NCBI GenBank assembly: GCA_051362555.1
Contig: JBPQGU010000016.1
Coordinates: 6,200,001-6,264,000, forward strand
Direction: 5' to 3'
Origin: Lingula anatina
Lineage: Eukaryota > Animalia > Brachiopoda
DNA: 64,000 nucleotides
The position numbers and the translations under genes were made by a program. The notes beneath the pieces were generated by a model. That model saw nothing but the letters and a program-made list of their open reading frames with translations. It made no database searches and was not told the DNA's origin. Within the stretch, counting starts at the first letter, position 1, and each line of letters begins with the position of its first letter. Below, in pieces: positions 25,078 through 37,533 of this stretch.

Positions 25078-28000
25078 TTTCATCTTTATATAACAATGAA
25101 AACTATGAGACATTTGTTAAATGCTCTGTTTAAAATTGCACGCTTTTTTTAAAAGTCGGACACTTATCGTTGGGAACAAAAAACGGACACGCACTTTCGT
25201 TATATTTGGCAAAAAAGTGTCAAAAGTCCTACGTAAAATCATATACAACGTTTATACAGCTATTGACAAAATGTAAAGACTAATGAACATTAGATAATAA
25301 AATGAATGTGAAAATTTAAAAAATCGTTACAAAAAAAAACTATTTAGAAAACAAACTACATGTTCACATATGAAATCTGGATTAAAATCCAAGGTACATA
25401 TCACGATATTTCTCATATTTCCTACATCCATTTTCAATTTCAAAAATCTTGTAACAAATAATTTGCAACCTTCTGAACATAAATTGTTCTAAATACGAGA
25501 AAATATCACGATATTTCTGCATCATCTGGTCAATAGAAGGAAAAACGCTGGTTAGAAAGAATTGCCGAAAACAGTTAAATTTGAAAAATAAAATAATTTT
25601 CAATCACATAAATGGTCCTATCATCTTTACCCAGAACCTGTATTTGTTCAACAGATTAATGGCAAAAATATGAGTCATTTTCATGATAAAAAGTGCCATA
25701 TTTTACATTGTAAGAACTACATTCAGAGATAAATACTAAAAAACAAAATAAGTTGCTTTTCCATCCTATGAATGGCATTTACATGTACAAAATCAGTTTT
25801 TCAAGAAGGGAATTTTCGCAAATGAAAATTGAAATTTGTAAATTCTACATACTTCACTAGTAAAACAAAATAATCGATCTTGGTTCGTAAAATTACATTT
25901 CTTTTTCAACAAGTCAGCAAATGTTCAAATTTCAAGGGACGAAGTGCCTGTTTTCTCATCTGAACATGAAAAGAAAGACACACAATGATCGTCTGTTGCT
26001 ACATTCTAGATTTCAGTCCATTTGGAGAATGAGAATGAAGCCGGTAAAAACAGAAATTAAGAATTCGACACCGGGATTGTAGAATTTATCAGCGGTTTCG
26101 ATAGTGTTCCTTGGCGATTTATTTGAAATTGCTGAATGTTACAGAAAAAAAATTAGGCTTTAAACCGACATAAAATTTGGAATATTTTGCTTCCTTAATT
26201 CGCATTCGATCTAAACTAGAAAGTCACCCATTGCTGTCTTGCTGAAGAATACAACAAATGGTACATTTTAACATGTCACGTGTGACCAACTTGAAACTAC
26301 GATAGTATAGAACATATTTCAATTCAATAAAATAAGCTTTCTAACGGATGACCATGCATTCTGATATATGATCACGTTTTAAATATATTATATTTAATTC
26401 CTATAAGACCTCAAATTTGTGATGTTATATTGATAAATAAAACACGTGAAAAAAATCGCCTTTAGACAGAGCCTTTTCAAATCCGTCCCAAACAACATTT
26501 CGGGCTATCAACTCGCTCTTATTTCTTGAAGGATTCATCTTATAATCTGTCACGCAGAAATCTCAAGGACTTCAATTTAGCTCACACATGAAATGAAATA
26601 TTAAATCTTAATTTATGAAATCTTGTCAATATTCGAAATGGAAGTATATTACTGTACCCCCTTAATACTTGAATTATGTTCTTTACTCCAGAAATGGACG
26701 TTATCATATATATACCTAAAAGGCTGTATCATATTCTATAATTCCACCACCAACTGCTCACTAAATATCAACATGTCAATGGCCAGACCCTCACAAGTCA
26801 TTTCACAGCATTTTCCCCTCCTTGGCCATTTCTCACGGTAAACTTCCACTGCCACTACTATTTCTACCGACGAAGTTCAAAATACTGAAAATGAAGTGCA
26901 ACTGCATCTTCCTTTGTTTTATGAGATGCAATGAGATGAAGTGGTGGAGGAAATAAATAGTACGTTGGGAAAATGTTGGGAAATGACCAAAACCACTTTT
27001 AAGCAAACGGGCGTCAAAATACTTTTCAAAAATAAATCACAATTAACTTATCACCAAATACCTGACATTGATTTCTTAAAACGTTATATTGATATGGCTG
27101 AAATTACGACATTCTTATACTTAATATCTAAGCCGCCTTCGATCCACTTCCTGATCATTGAGCACTGAGGCAGTGACGTCTCCTTCCAGGCTGTCCATCC
27201 CATTACATTCATGGTAGGGGGAGGTGGCAGGCTAAAGTGGCCGCCTTTTCTTTTCAACTCTCACCAATATTTTACGGATGAAACTTCATTTGTACTTTAC
27301 AACATTAAAAATACATTGGACGAATTTGTGTTTAGCATATTTCAAAAAATGCCGGACGAAAATTAACTTCAGATCCTTATCAACCCCAAATTGAAACGAC
27401 ATTATGTAGGTCACTGGCTATCTTGATATGACGCAATATGGTACAATGATTTAAATATCTGAGCAGTTTTTGTTGTTTGACCAACAGACCATGAGATTGA
27501 GCCATTTGGAGGTAAACAGAAATGCTGCAATCGGAAACTCGGTACTTTGTTCGAGATTTATAAATTTATAGACATAAATTAACCAGCGAATTATTTGTGA
27601 ATATACGATGCTTTGATATTTTTATCTGTACAATAAAAGATATTTTATGCATATAATTCTCTCATCTTTGTTCATATTCTTTCATGAATGCATGTGTGAG
27701 TGTGTGTGTGCGCGCGCGCATTCTCTGTTGTTAGCAAATGCACCAATCGAATGGCGATATGGTACCATACAATTAATGATTTATTGTAAATAAAGTGATA
27801 GACAAATATGAGAAAAACAATAAAGTTATAGGTTATCTACAAACTATAAGAGCTGTTCACGTACTGTTGCCGCCTTACTGAAAGTCAAAACCACATCAAG
27901 AGAGAGGAGTTCGATACGTTAGTAAGGTCAGCTTTTGACAAAACAACATTTTTCAATATCTCTAATATGAAATACGCATCTTGATATTAACGCAATAAAA

Positions 28001-29456
28001 AATAATAAAATCATTTGACTACTGCATATCTGCACCCTATGGCTGTATATAAGAAAGAAAGAAAAACTGCAGCGAATCAAAAAAAAAAAAAAAAAAAAAA
28101 AAAAACATTCATCTCGTCTTTTAACCCAGGGAGACTCATATCACACTTATTTTAAAACAGTTGCACTGGCTCCCTGATAGAGCACGTATTTTATTCAAAA
28201 TTTTAACTTTTGAGCATGCAGTTTTTTTTAATTAACACTCAGATTAACACTCAGATGATAACTAAAAGCTGTCGAAGAGAGACACGGTCCTCAGATGTAT
28301 AAATTGGAGCGGGAGAATACAAAGGAACTCTTTATTTGCGTAGTTTAAAATATGCATGTTATCACTAGCTGGTGAAACACACTACATGTATTGCGGTCTA
28401 TTTTATCACAGGTGAGGTGAAAATAGCTTAGCTTAAGGCTCTATTTGCCTTTCATATCGTAATTTTTCTACTGGTTATAACAAGATAACAAAGATGAAGA
28501 TGAATGTTCAATGACTCAATAATATACATAAAAATCACGAATTATTCGATTTCAAGAAAGCGAGATCTGGAGCACAGAGAGAAAGCCGTCTCCAAGACAT
28601 ACCCCCACCCACTCCATAATACCGTGTTTTCAGAATCATAAACAGACTATGCCTCATTTCGAGAGTTCAGAACTAACGGTCAAAATCTGGTATTTGAATT
28701 TAACTCCTTTCATGCAGAAAACCAGATTATTACCATTGGTTTGAATGAATAGTAATAAAAAGTACTGAGTGAAACTATTTCTGGCAATCAAGTTAACATT
28801 CGTACCTGCTACGTCAGTCTTTGAATCAAAATGGATGTAAATAGTTTATACGTTTTTAATTATGGTCATTTAATTTGCATCAGTACTTGAAATACACGTA
28901 AGGTAAAGCTTACACAAAAGGAGATCTAATGACAGAAGTCCAGTAACAGAAACACCCTTCCTCGTCTTAATACATATATGTACACATTAGTTGGGCCAAA
29001 GAGGGCAGTCCTGAGAAAGTTTCGTGCGTTTAATTTTTAAAATTAAAATAGATCATGATGAAATAAGTAATCTTAAACAAAAATTAATTTTGAAGGAATT
29101 TAATTTTGTTTTAATTAACACACATTTTATACATGTATGTACATTATGTAGAATACATATATATTTACTACTATCTCTGTGTCAGTTATTAAACTCATCA
29201 CACAAATCTATGAGTTGCAGAAGATACAGGTATATCTAATTATGTCAATAACAATACCTTACGACATTTTGGAGGTGTAGATTGACACTTTAAATGAAAT
29301 TGGTGTCTGTAACTCATTCAAAATACAGAACATATAGACTAATACGAGTATCATTTAAACTTGCACAAAAGTATGAAAGCATCACGGAAGGATTATTGGG
29401 GATTGGGGGGAGGGGGGAGGGGGGCAGGGCCATCCGGGCACATTTACGTCTTAGAA

Positions 29457-29527
29457 GCACTCGAGCTTCAATGGAATAATGCTCGCCTGCAACGCGGGCA
29501 GTCCGTGTTTGATTCCCAACAGATGCA
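29457..29527 (+). pseudogene. tRNA-Gly(GCC)-derived pseudogene; anticodon now GCA
   Basis: 71 nt, colinear with the metazoan tRNA-Gly-GCC consensus (AATGCTCGCCTGCcACGCGGGC core, GATTCCC...GATGCA end). Acceptor stem, A box and B box (GTTTGATTCC) are mutated. Confidence 0.8.
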
Positions 29528-30224
29528 AAATCTGTTAAACCGACAACTATTTGGAAAAAATGATGTGTATTAATCCTGTCTTTAGAAACGTATTCTTTGC
29601 ACAAGGGAGTTTCCTGGGTAGAATACTTTATGGTACGGCAGCTATGGATATGTTTCTAAATGAATTCCTGGGTGGCAGGCTTTGTCAGTGATGCGCTTTT
29701 ATAACTGTTCTCTGATAACTACAAGAAACTTTTGTTATTTGTTCTAAAAACTGCTTGTAAAAGAAAAAAGAACCAGAAACAGACCTCTTTCAGGTTGTTT
29801 TACTTCGACCAAGTGTAGTATAGTTGTTCTCAAAAATTGCACATAGTTGGTGCCAAAATAAATCCTAGTTAGCATGTGGCCCATCCTAAATGCATGGCTC
29901 AATTTTTGGGGCCCACCCCTAGCCTTTTAGTAGACAAAAAGAATGTAACCCACCCCTACTGATTCCGCCCCCCCTCCCCCCTCTCCCCCCGATATATAGC
30001 AATTGCTTTTTATAAGCACCTCGATATTAGGAATCGTTAATTCATAAAAAGGTAAATGGATACTGAATACATATATAAATAATCTAACAGTGTGTAGAGG
30101 GTACACGTTGTCTGCTCACTGGATAGGACATACATGTAGAACACATTGGAGTAGAGAGAGGGGGGAGTACTCTCAGGACCTTCTGGCTGTTACTAAATTC
30201 ATCCCAATAGAAGTATATATATAT

Positions 30225-30520
30225 ATCAATGCACCTTGAAAAATCTACATTATAGTTGTTAAATTCAATCCGAGCTTTCGGCCCCTGGACCTTCTTCGGG
30301 GATTAAAAATACTTCTATTTTTATCAAGATCTATACGGTGAATCAACATGAATCCTTAAATTCATTCCAGGAACGAGTCGAGCTTTGGTTCGTAACAAGA
30401 AAAAATTCCGTTTGGTAGCTTCAATTAAATTTTTACTGATAAAAATATTATCGAATGATTTAATATCAAAATAAAGATTAATAAAAATCGCCACCTTTGG
30501 AATCTCTGGTTTGAGCATCA
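30225..30520 (-). mobile_element. Penelope-like element remnant
   Basis: Minus-strand peptide ...EATKRNFFLLRTKARLVPGMNLR resembles the end of a PLE GIY-YIG domain (P.G[LM]N) and is followed by a minimal hammerhead motif. Confidence 0.5.
30267..30304 (-). ncRNA. Minimal type-I hammerhead ribozyme-like motif (core variant CCGAAGA)
   Basis: AATCC-CCGAAGA-A-GGTCC-AG-GGGCC-GAAA-GCTC-GGATT: stem I AATCC/GGATT, stem II GGTCC/GGGCC, palindromic AGCT helix III; U4 of CUGAnGA is C. Confidence 0.6.
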
Positions 30521-31494
30521 CTTCCTGTCAGCTTTATTACTAAAGACAATCTAATTTGCATATAAGAGAAAAATGCATTTTTTTGTTTGTTTTGGGTTCA
30601 TTACACATTTTTTTCATAATTTTCAAATATAAATGTTCCTTTTTCACTGATACACTTATGAATATTTTATCAGTACGCGCAATTTATTAGTTAAACAATC
30701 ATAAATAACCATCATATCCCAAGTGTATATGACGTAATCTCTCCCAGGTCATAAAAGTGGTAAAATAGCGACGATTGCCGCCCAGCTGGTGAAGTAGGTC
30801 AATTGCCTGTATAATACTGCCATACGATTATCGATTTTTTCTAGTGTGGAACATTTTAGGGGGAAGACGGTGAGAGAACGTTATCAAGTTACCAAAAAAT
30901 ATTTGACATAAATAAAGTTACCGAAAGCAAATTTAGTATATTGTAATATTTTACAAAGTTAAAAAAGAGTCCCAATTATTTAATTTCACAGTGTATAAGT
31001 TTGCAGATATCGTGAGACATTTGTATTTTATCTGTCTCTCCCTAAAATGGCGCTGACCGCGTTAACTCTTCAACTCCCGGGAAACGCAGAGAATCCAGCG
31101 CGTTGTGACAGCATGAGAACCGATATGTAGACATAGGAGCTGGGGTGGATTAAGAGAGAGTTAACCCCCCCCCCCCCCCCCCTCTCACACACACCCATTT
31201 TCCAATCAGCAGGGAGAGTATGTGGTGGACTAACATTGTAAACTTTCCCTCAGCTCCAGGGCATATATAAAGATGAAAAGCTATGTGCTTGCAACACTAT
31301 TTCTACCCGGCAACCGCGGGCACTTCTTGAGAACAGTAAGTGGGTCACTCGTAGTGGACAGTGGTCAACAAGTCAGGAAGATAGCACTAGGGACACTTAG
31401 GTAAACTGACTATTGGTGATGGGGTCATCAGTTGACCACAATACAGAGGTCACTGTTAGTGGGTTGTATTTGCATTTTCATAGATTTTGTATCG

Positions 31495-31667
31495 GGGGCG
31501 TCTCGATAGTCCGAAGGTTCATTGGTCCGAAGGTTCATTGGTCCGAAAAGTGGTAACATTTTTATCGATTTTTTAATCAAGGGTTCATTGGTCCGAAGGT
31601 TCTATAGTGAACATTCGGACCAATGAACCTTCGGACTATTGGACCTTCGGACTATCGCTACGGCCCC
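31495..31667. mobile_element. Palindromic MITE with 16-bp internal repeats
   Basis: GGGGCGTCTCGATAGTCCGAAGG / CCTTCGGACTATCGCTACGGCCCC ends; repeated GTCCGAAGGTTCATTG units, mirrored. Confidence 0.8.
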
Positions 31668-31753
31668 TTTGTATCAATAGTTTGTATATGGTATCATAAT
31701 CAGTAATTTATACCCGTGTATATAAAGCCCAGTGAGAACAGAGGGAAGAGATA

Positions 31754-32054
31754 CAGGGGCGGATCCAGGATTATTTAAAGGGGTAGGGTCCGTCTTTTTA
31801 GGAATGACAGGCAGCGGATGCAAAGCCGACCCTCGACCCCCCTCCTCCACCCTCATTGGCGTGGGGTTGGGACCCCACTGAATGGTCCTAAAATTTTTTT
31901 GTATTTTAGAGGGCCAACGGTGCCATTTAGTATTGTTTGGATATATGATTCAGCAAGTCAAAATTTTAATTTCAGAAAGGGACCATTGGTGTGATTTTTT
32001 CCAGAAATCAAAGGGGGTCAGGACCCCACTGTCACCCCCCTATATCCGCCACTG
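31754..32054. mobile_element. MITE with CAGGGGCGGATCCAG-type TIRs
   Basis: caggggcggatccag ... ctatatccgccactg; no clear TSD. Confidence 0.7.
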
Positions 32055-32216
32055 ATTTTGGTTTAAGCAAGCCCCTAAGAAGAGGGAATCATTAAAAATG
32101 ATCAAATGTGTAAAAGCAATTGCGACGATGTAAATTTTTAGAAAAAATACAGTATTTGGCAAATAATTCTGCAAAGAAGATACCACTTTGCTGAACGCAG
32201 TTTGCAGGTGGTATGA

Positions 32217-32756
32217 CAGGGGCAGTTCCAGGATTTGAAGAGGGGGGGGGGGCAGTTTTTTTTTTACGAATTACAGGCCTTGGATTCGAAACTGACCCTT
32301 GGCCCCCTTGCGGTAGGGTTCAGGACCTGCTGAAGGGCCCAAAAATATTTTGGTGTTTTGGAGGGCAAAATCGGGCCATTTAGAATGCTTAAGAACTATA
32401 AATCAGCTAGTTTGAATTCCGATTTTGAGAGGGGGGAAATTAGTGTTGTTTTTTTTCTTTTTTTTTTTTTTTTTTTTTTTTTTGTAGAAACCGAAGGACC
32501 CCCCAATCCCCCTCTAAGACCCCATTCCCATAGATTTTAGATCGATCTATCCCTGTGGGGAGTCTCACTAGATTACTGACAGCTTAGACGGCTTAAGCGT
32601 CTGTCCCGCCTACTAAAAGCTGTAAGGGGGTAATTAACTATGGTGCGTGCTCGGCTGACTGCAATTTAGCGTGAACCCCCAGGGAGTTAGGTTGATCTAA
32701 ATCTAAATCTCTGGATCGATCTAAATCTCTGGGAATGCACCCTAAATCTACCACTG
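32217..32756. mobile_element. Related CAGGGGC MITE interrupted by a Harbinger-like MITE
   Basis: caggggcagttccag ... ctaaatctaccactg; its right end is split by the insertion at 32518..32742. Confidence 0.65.
32518..32742. mobile_element. PIF/Harbinger-like MITE (AGATCGATCT family)
   Basis: TIRs GACCCCATTCCCATAGATTTTAGATCGATC / GATCGATCTAAATCTCTGGGAATGCACCC with 3-bp TSD TAA (32515-17, 32743-45). Confidence 0.85.
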
Positions 32757-33430
32757 GGTTAGCCTTTTTTTAACCACTAAACTTCCCATGTTTTGTCATT
32801 TTGATTTGTTCACGTATACATTTATTTATTATTATTATTGTTAGTATTGTTATGCTAGGCTTTAATTTGTTGACTACAGCTCAGCATTCCTAATGAGTAA
32901 CTGATACAGAATGTTGACAGAGTTAGGTGGACTGTTGTGTTGTGTTGATTGATAACTTCTTAAAATATTGAAATGACACTCTTTGAACTGGGAGAGAAGA
33001 GGGATTGTAAAAATTCACCAGGTGTGATTAACAACAATTTCTAACATTTTTCAATCTGTAGTAGAAAGCAAACAAATGGAACAAAATATAAATAATGGTT
33101 GTTTGCATTTATTACTTATGACATGCAATTGAAATATTTAGTAATTAAGTTTAAGAACCAATTTTTGTCCAGTGACAGAGTTTAAAATGTACATTATTAC
33201 CATGTTTTTTTTCTGTGTTGTCTGTCCTAGAAACATTATGAAAAAAGTTATTAATAGAGTTTGATGACATGTGTAGAAACTGAGGGGACCAAAAAACAAA
33301 CAAACAAACAAACAAACAAAAAAGGATTTTGGTTGTGATTCATTTCTTAATAAGTAGCTAATTAATAAAATTCATCTGTTTATCAGCTCATTTAGCAAAA
33401 CAGGTGTTAGGGATTTTGTGTGTGAAAAAC

Positions 33431-33541
33431 AGAGAGAGAAAAACAGAGCCAGGGAGAGAGAGAAAAAGAGAAAAACAGCCAGAGAGAGAGAGAGAGAGAC
33501 TCAGAGTGAAAGAGCAAAAGAGAAAGAAGAGAGAGAGAGAG

Positions 33542-33575
<34 letters not shown>
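33431..33575. repeat. Compound (GA)n(GT)n microsatellite
   Basis: Seen directly. Confidence 0.95.
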
Positions 33576-33578
<3 letters not shown>

Positions 33579-34330
33579 TGAAATGATTTCATTTTACCCA
33601 CTCATTTGTATGGAAAAGACTGCTGGTACTCTTGGAATAATTGTTTTAGAAAGTGAAAAGGTTTGTGAATTTTGTCTATAACAAAGTGACATGAAACCTA
33701 GGAAATATTACTGATGTGAACATTTCCCTTTTTTTAATAAGACCAAAATCAGCTGGGATTTTAAAATTGTTTTTATTAATTTGTTTTATACTTTTCAGTT
33801 AGAACTCATTTACCTCTAAGGATCCGAAGTAATTGGAATATTTCAAGCTGCCCAAATGTCTGAACGCATTATAACCTGTTTTAAATAAAGCAAGACAACT
33901 ACAGGCCATGCTTGCAGCTTCTTATGAATACCACCATAATTACTGAAGACAGTGATTTCTTTTTGTATTTTTAAGTATCACATATAAACTGACAATTGTT
34001 TCTCAGGAAAACTAGCCATATCCAGACATTTGCTTGGTACTGCGCACCTTCTGTGACTTTCCATTCCTTGATATTACAATTTGGATTAAGAAACTTGCAT
34101 AATTAAAGAATTGTCATATCTATTTTATTTAAATGTGAAAATGCTGAAATGTAGAAGCAAAAATATAATACTCAGTAATTGAGCTGTTTTTGGGTAAGTG
34201 CATACCACTGTTCGTGTATGTATCTATAGTTAAATGTTTTTTCTATGTAAAAGAAATAAAAAAAGAAATGTGATTAAACATTTTGGGATAAATTAGCTAG
34301 CACTGGGATCATTGAGTCAGAATTTTTTTA

Positions 34331-34576
34331 AATAAAGTAATTGATGTAGTACTTCATTTATTGTGCATTGGAATAAAGTAATTGATGTAGTACTTCGTTT
34401 ATTGTGCATTGGAATAAAGTAATTGATGTAGTATTTTATTTATTGTGCATTGGAATAAAGTAATTGATGTAGTACTTCATTTATTGTGCATTGGAATAAA
34501 GTAATTGATGTAGTATTTTATTTATTGTGCATTGGAATAAAGTAATTGATGTAGTACTTCATTTATTGTAAATAAA
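34331..34576. repeat. 41-bp minisatellite (~6 units)
   Basis: aataaagtaattgatgtagtacttcatttattgtgcattgg repeated, with alternating acttc/atttt variants. Confidence 0.95.
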
Positions 34577-34958
34577 GGTCAGTAGTAATAAGTACTTAAG
34601 CAATGAGGTGATGACTTTTTCATTATTGATATGTCTTATTGTTATAATTATTGTTATATCTCACACACACTACATTCATAAGTAATGATCAATGTAGCTA
34701 TCTTGAGCATAATCAGGCGAAAAAAAAAAACATAAATAAAAATTAAATAAAATAATAATCCCGTCTGTTGTAATTGGAAGATCAGCAGATTATAATGTTA
34801 GGGACATGAAATGGATGTGAAATGTTTGTTAATAAAGTTTTTAACATTGTGGTTGAGAGGTTCCTGGGTTCAAAGCACTGCCTTTTTGCTGGAAAAGTCC
34901 ACTCTTAATCAGAATTTAATCTAGGCTCTTTCTCAAGTTTGGACAACTATTGGGGTAA

Positions 34959-36342
34959 GGGCCATTCCGTGGTATTTGGTCCGCAGACCTCAAAATTTGA
35001 AAAAGGAATCCTACTTATAAAACTTATAATTTCTGAAACCAGACACCATAAAACACCAGAATCCAAAAGAAATTTTAGGTTTTGATGATTAATAATGATT
35101 TTATTGACATTTTTATCTGGAAAACTTATAAAATAGTGTCACAGAAGGACATTTTTATTTTTGATATATTTTTCATAATAGAGATCATTTTAAACAATAA
35201 AGGCTAAATACATTAAATATAACTTATTTCTTACATTTAGTCAAGTGTATTAGATTAAAAAATATTTGATTATAAAATAATGGATTAATTAATATCAACT
35301 TGTCGTTCCGTGACGATTTTGGTACCTATTTTTTAAGTTTTCTCAGTAACTACAAAAGCTAAAAACTTATAACTTCATATTCTCCTCAACCATGATAGGG
35401 GCCAACAAAATACAAAAACATTTTTGCTTAGAACCACTTCAATAAGAAATTTAATCCAAATATATGAGCATTAAACATGACACCTAGCGCAGTGGAAGCA
35501 CGTATGGGGCATTTTGATTGGACAATAACAGGTCATGTGACCAATGAGCCCTAAACCCTTATGTCTTTCAAGATAATCTTATACTTAAAATTCACAATTA
35601 TTATATATAGAAGCATTTTTAAACTGAGAAACATTTCATTTGAATGAATAATTTTGAAGTTATTATAATTTAGACAATTGATTATATTTATAATTAATAG
35701 ATTTGGTAAGATTTTCTTCAAAAATGTCCTAATATTATTTAAAGATGATCAGAGCAGATGAGAACTTATATTATAGTCAAAAATAGTAACATGTTTGAAG
35801 ATGAAATATATTACCATGGAAGGACATGTTTACCTTTGATATTATTCATCAAACTTATGCTGGTATGTATTCATAAAATATTATTATTAGCCTTATTTTA
35901 CATTTTATTTAGCAATGGACAAAATGTCCTCCCAAGACGCGTCCTTCCATGACGCCTACTTGATGTTTTTATATGCAAAATTTTCAAATTTATTATTTTT
36001 TTTCCCAAAAAATTTTTATACATTGAGAAAGTGAAATAATCAAATATTCATATTTTGATTTGACTTTAAAAATATCTACACAGACAGAGCAGAATTTTAG
36101 TGTTGAAGTTGAAAGTTAAAATTCCATGTCCATTTCACGTCCTTCCGAGACGCTAACTATCCATTATAATGTTTTCGTAACTATAATTTTTTTAAACCTA
36201 ATTTTTTGCTTAATTATAACTTACATATAGAAGAATAAACATACAAAAAATGGACCTTGTAACTTTTTTACTTTTGAAAATATTTTCATTTGAAGTGTCA
36301 AATGTCCTTCTGTAACAGCAAAAAAATACCATGGAATGGCCC
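34959..36342. mobile_element. Non-autonomous TIR transposon, Sola-like
   Basis: TIR GGGCCATTCCGTGGTATTT / AAATACCATGGAATGGCCC, 4-bp TSD GTAA on both sides, internal GTCCTTCC..GACGC motifs. Confidence 0.85.
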
Positions 36343-36927
36343 GTAAAAAAAGGCAACTTTTCAGTAAAAAAATAAACCCTTTGGAACTGCTTGCCTGTTG
36401 TTTCAAATGCCTTAAAATAAGAATGGCTATTATAATGCTAACTTAAACTTTTTAATTTAGAAAAGAAGGAAAAACAAAACTCATTTGATTACAGAAAATT
36501 GCATTTTTATTGTAAAACTAAGAGAATGATATACTGAAGTTTTTAAATTGACTGCCACAGAGGTAAAAATACTCTAGTAGTTCTGCACTGTCCTCCCTGA
36601 AAAATAAGAAGATAAAAACATTAAAATATAATTCACTTAAAACGTCTTAGTTATTAAAAGGCAGCAATCCAACAACTACCAGCTCTTGGCTGCTATCATA
36701 TAATAACTGCCATTAAAATACAATTTTTACCAGTTGTTTGACATAGTTTGCCTCTTAAAAACTTCAACTTAGCTATGATGCCATCCAAAGAAGGAAGCAA
36801 ACAAAACTTTCATATGACAGTAAAATAAATCTGTTCTTTTGAAAATGATGTCAAATTTTCCTAATTTCTGAATGTTTGAAGTGATAATTTTTATTTAATA
36901 ATAATAATGAATAATAATAATAACCAT

Positions 36928-37498
36928 TTATGTCCTTGACCTGCGCCTAAAGCAGGACGTAAAAAGATTAAATAATCTCCGCCACCGTGAAGGACGGCGA
37001 TCCTTGGGTGCTGAAATATATGACAAAACATTACTCCGTAAAATGCTATAATATATTATAACCTTCAATATACAGTCTGTGCACCATCTTATTTCATAAA
37101 TAAATGAACATTGAAACACATTTACCACTGTTAAGAATAATCAAATTTTGAATTTCAATTAATACTTGCCAAGAGAACAAATACTTACTGTTTGCACAAC
37201 ATAAGGAGTGTATGTATGTGTGTGTGTGTGTGTGTGTGTGTGCATGCAAGTGCATGCACAGTCACATTTTAACACTGTAATAAGTAGATACCTATTATAT
37301 AGACCCTGCCGTCTTACCTCTCTCCTTCACGTCCTCTATCACAAATTTTGTGTTTTTGACATTAACTGAAGAAAAAAATGGAATACAAAATAATTCTGTC
37401 CATGAGCATAACAAGGATATCATACACAGACAAAGATACAATAATGAATAAGATCACCTAACAGTGAATTAACACAATGATTGTGTATGAGAGCCTGC

Positions 37499-37533
<35 letters not shown>

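Noticed and set aside
26797-26987. 21-bp imperfect inverted repeat (gtcatttcacagcattttccc / gggaaaatgttgggaaatgac)
   Set aside because: Probably the interior of an old MITE; no termini or TSD could be defined.
33404-33601. ORFs rich in ER/CV/HT/SL
   Set aside because: Translations of (GA)n(GT)n microsatellites.
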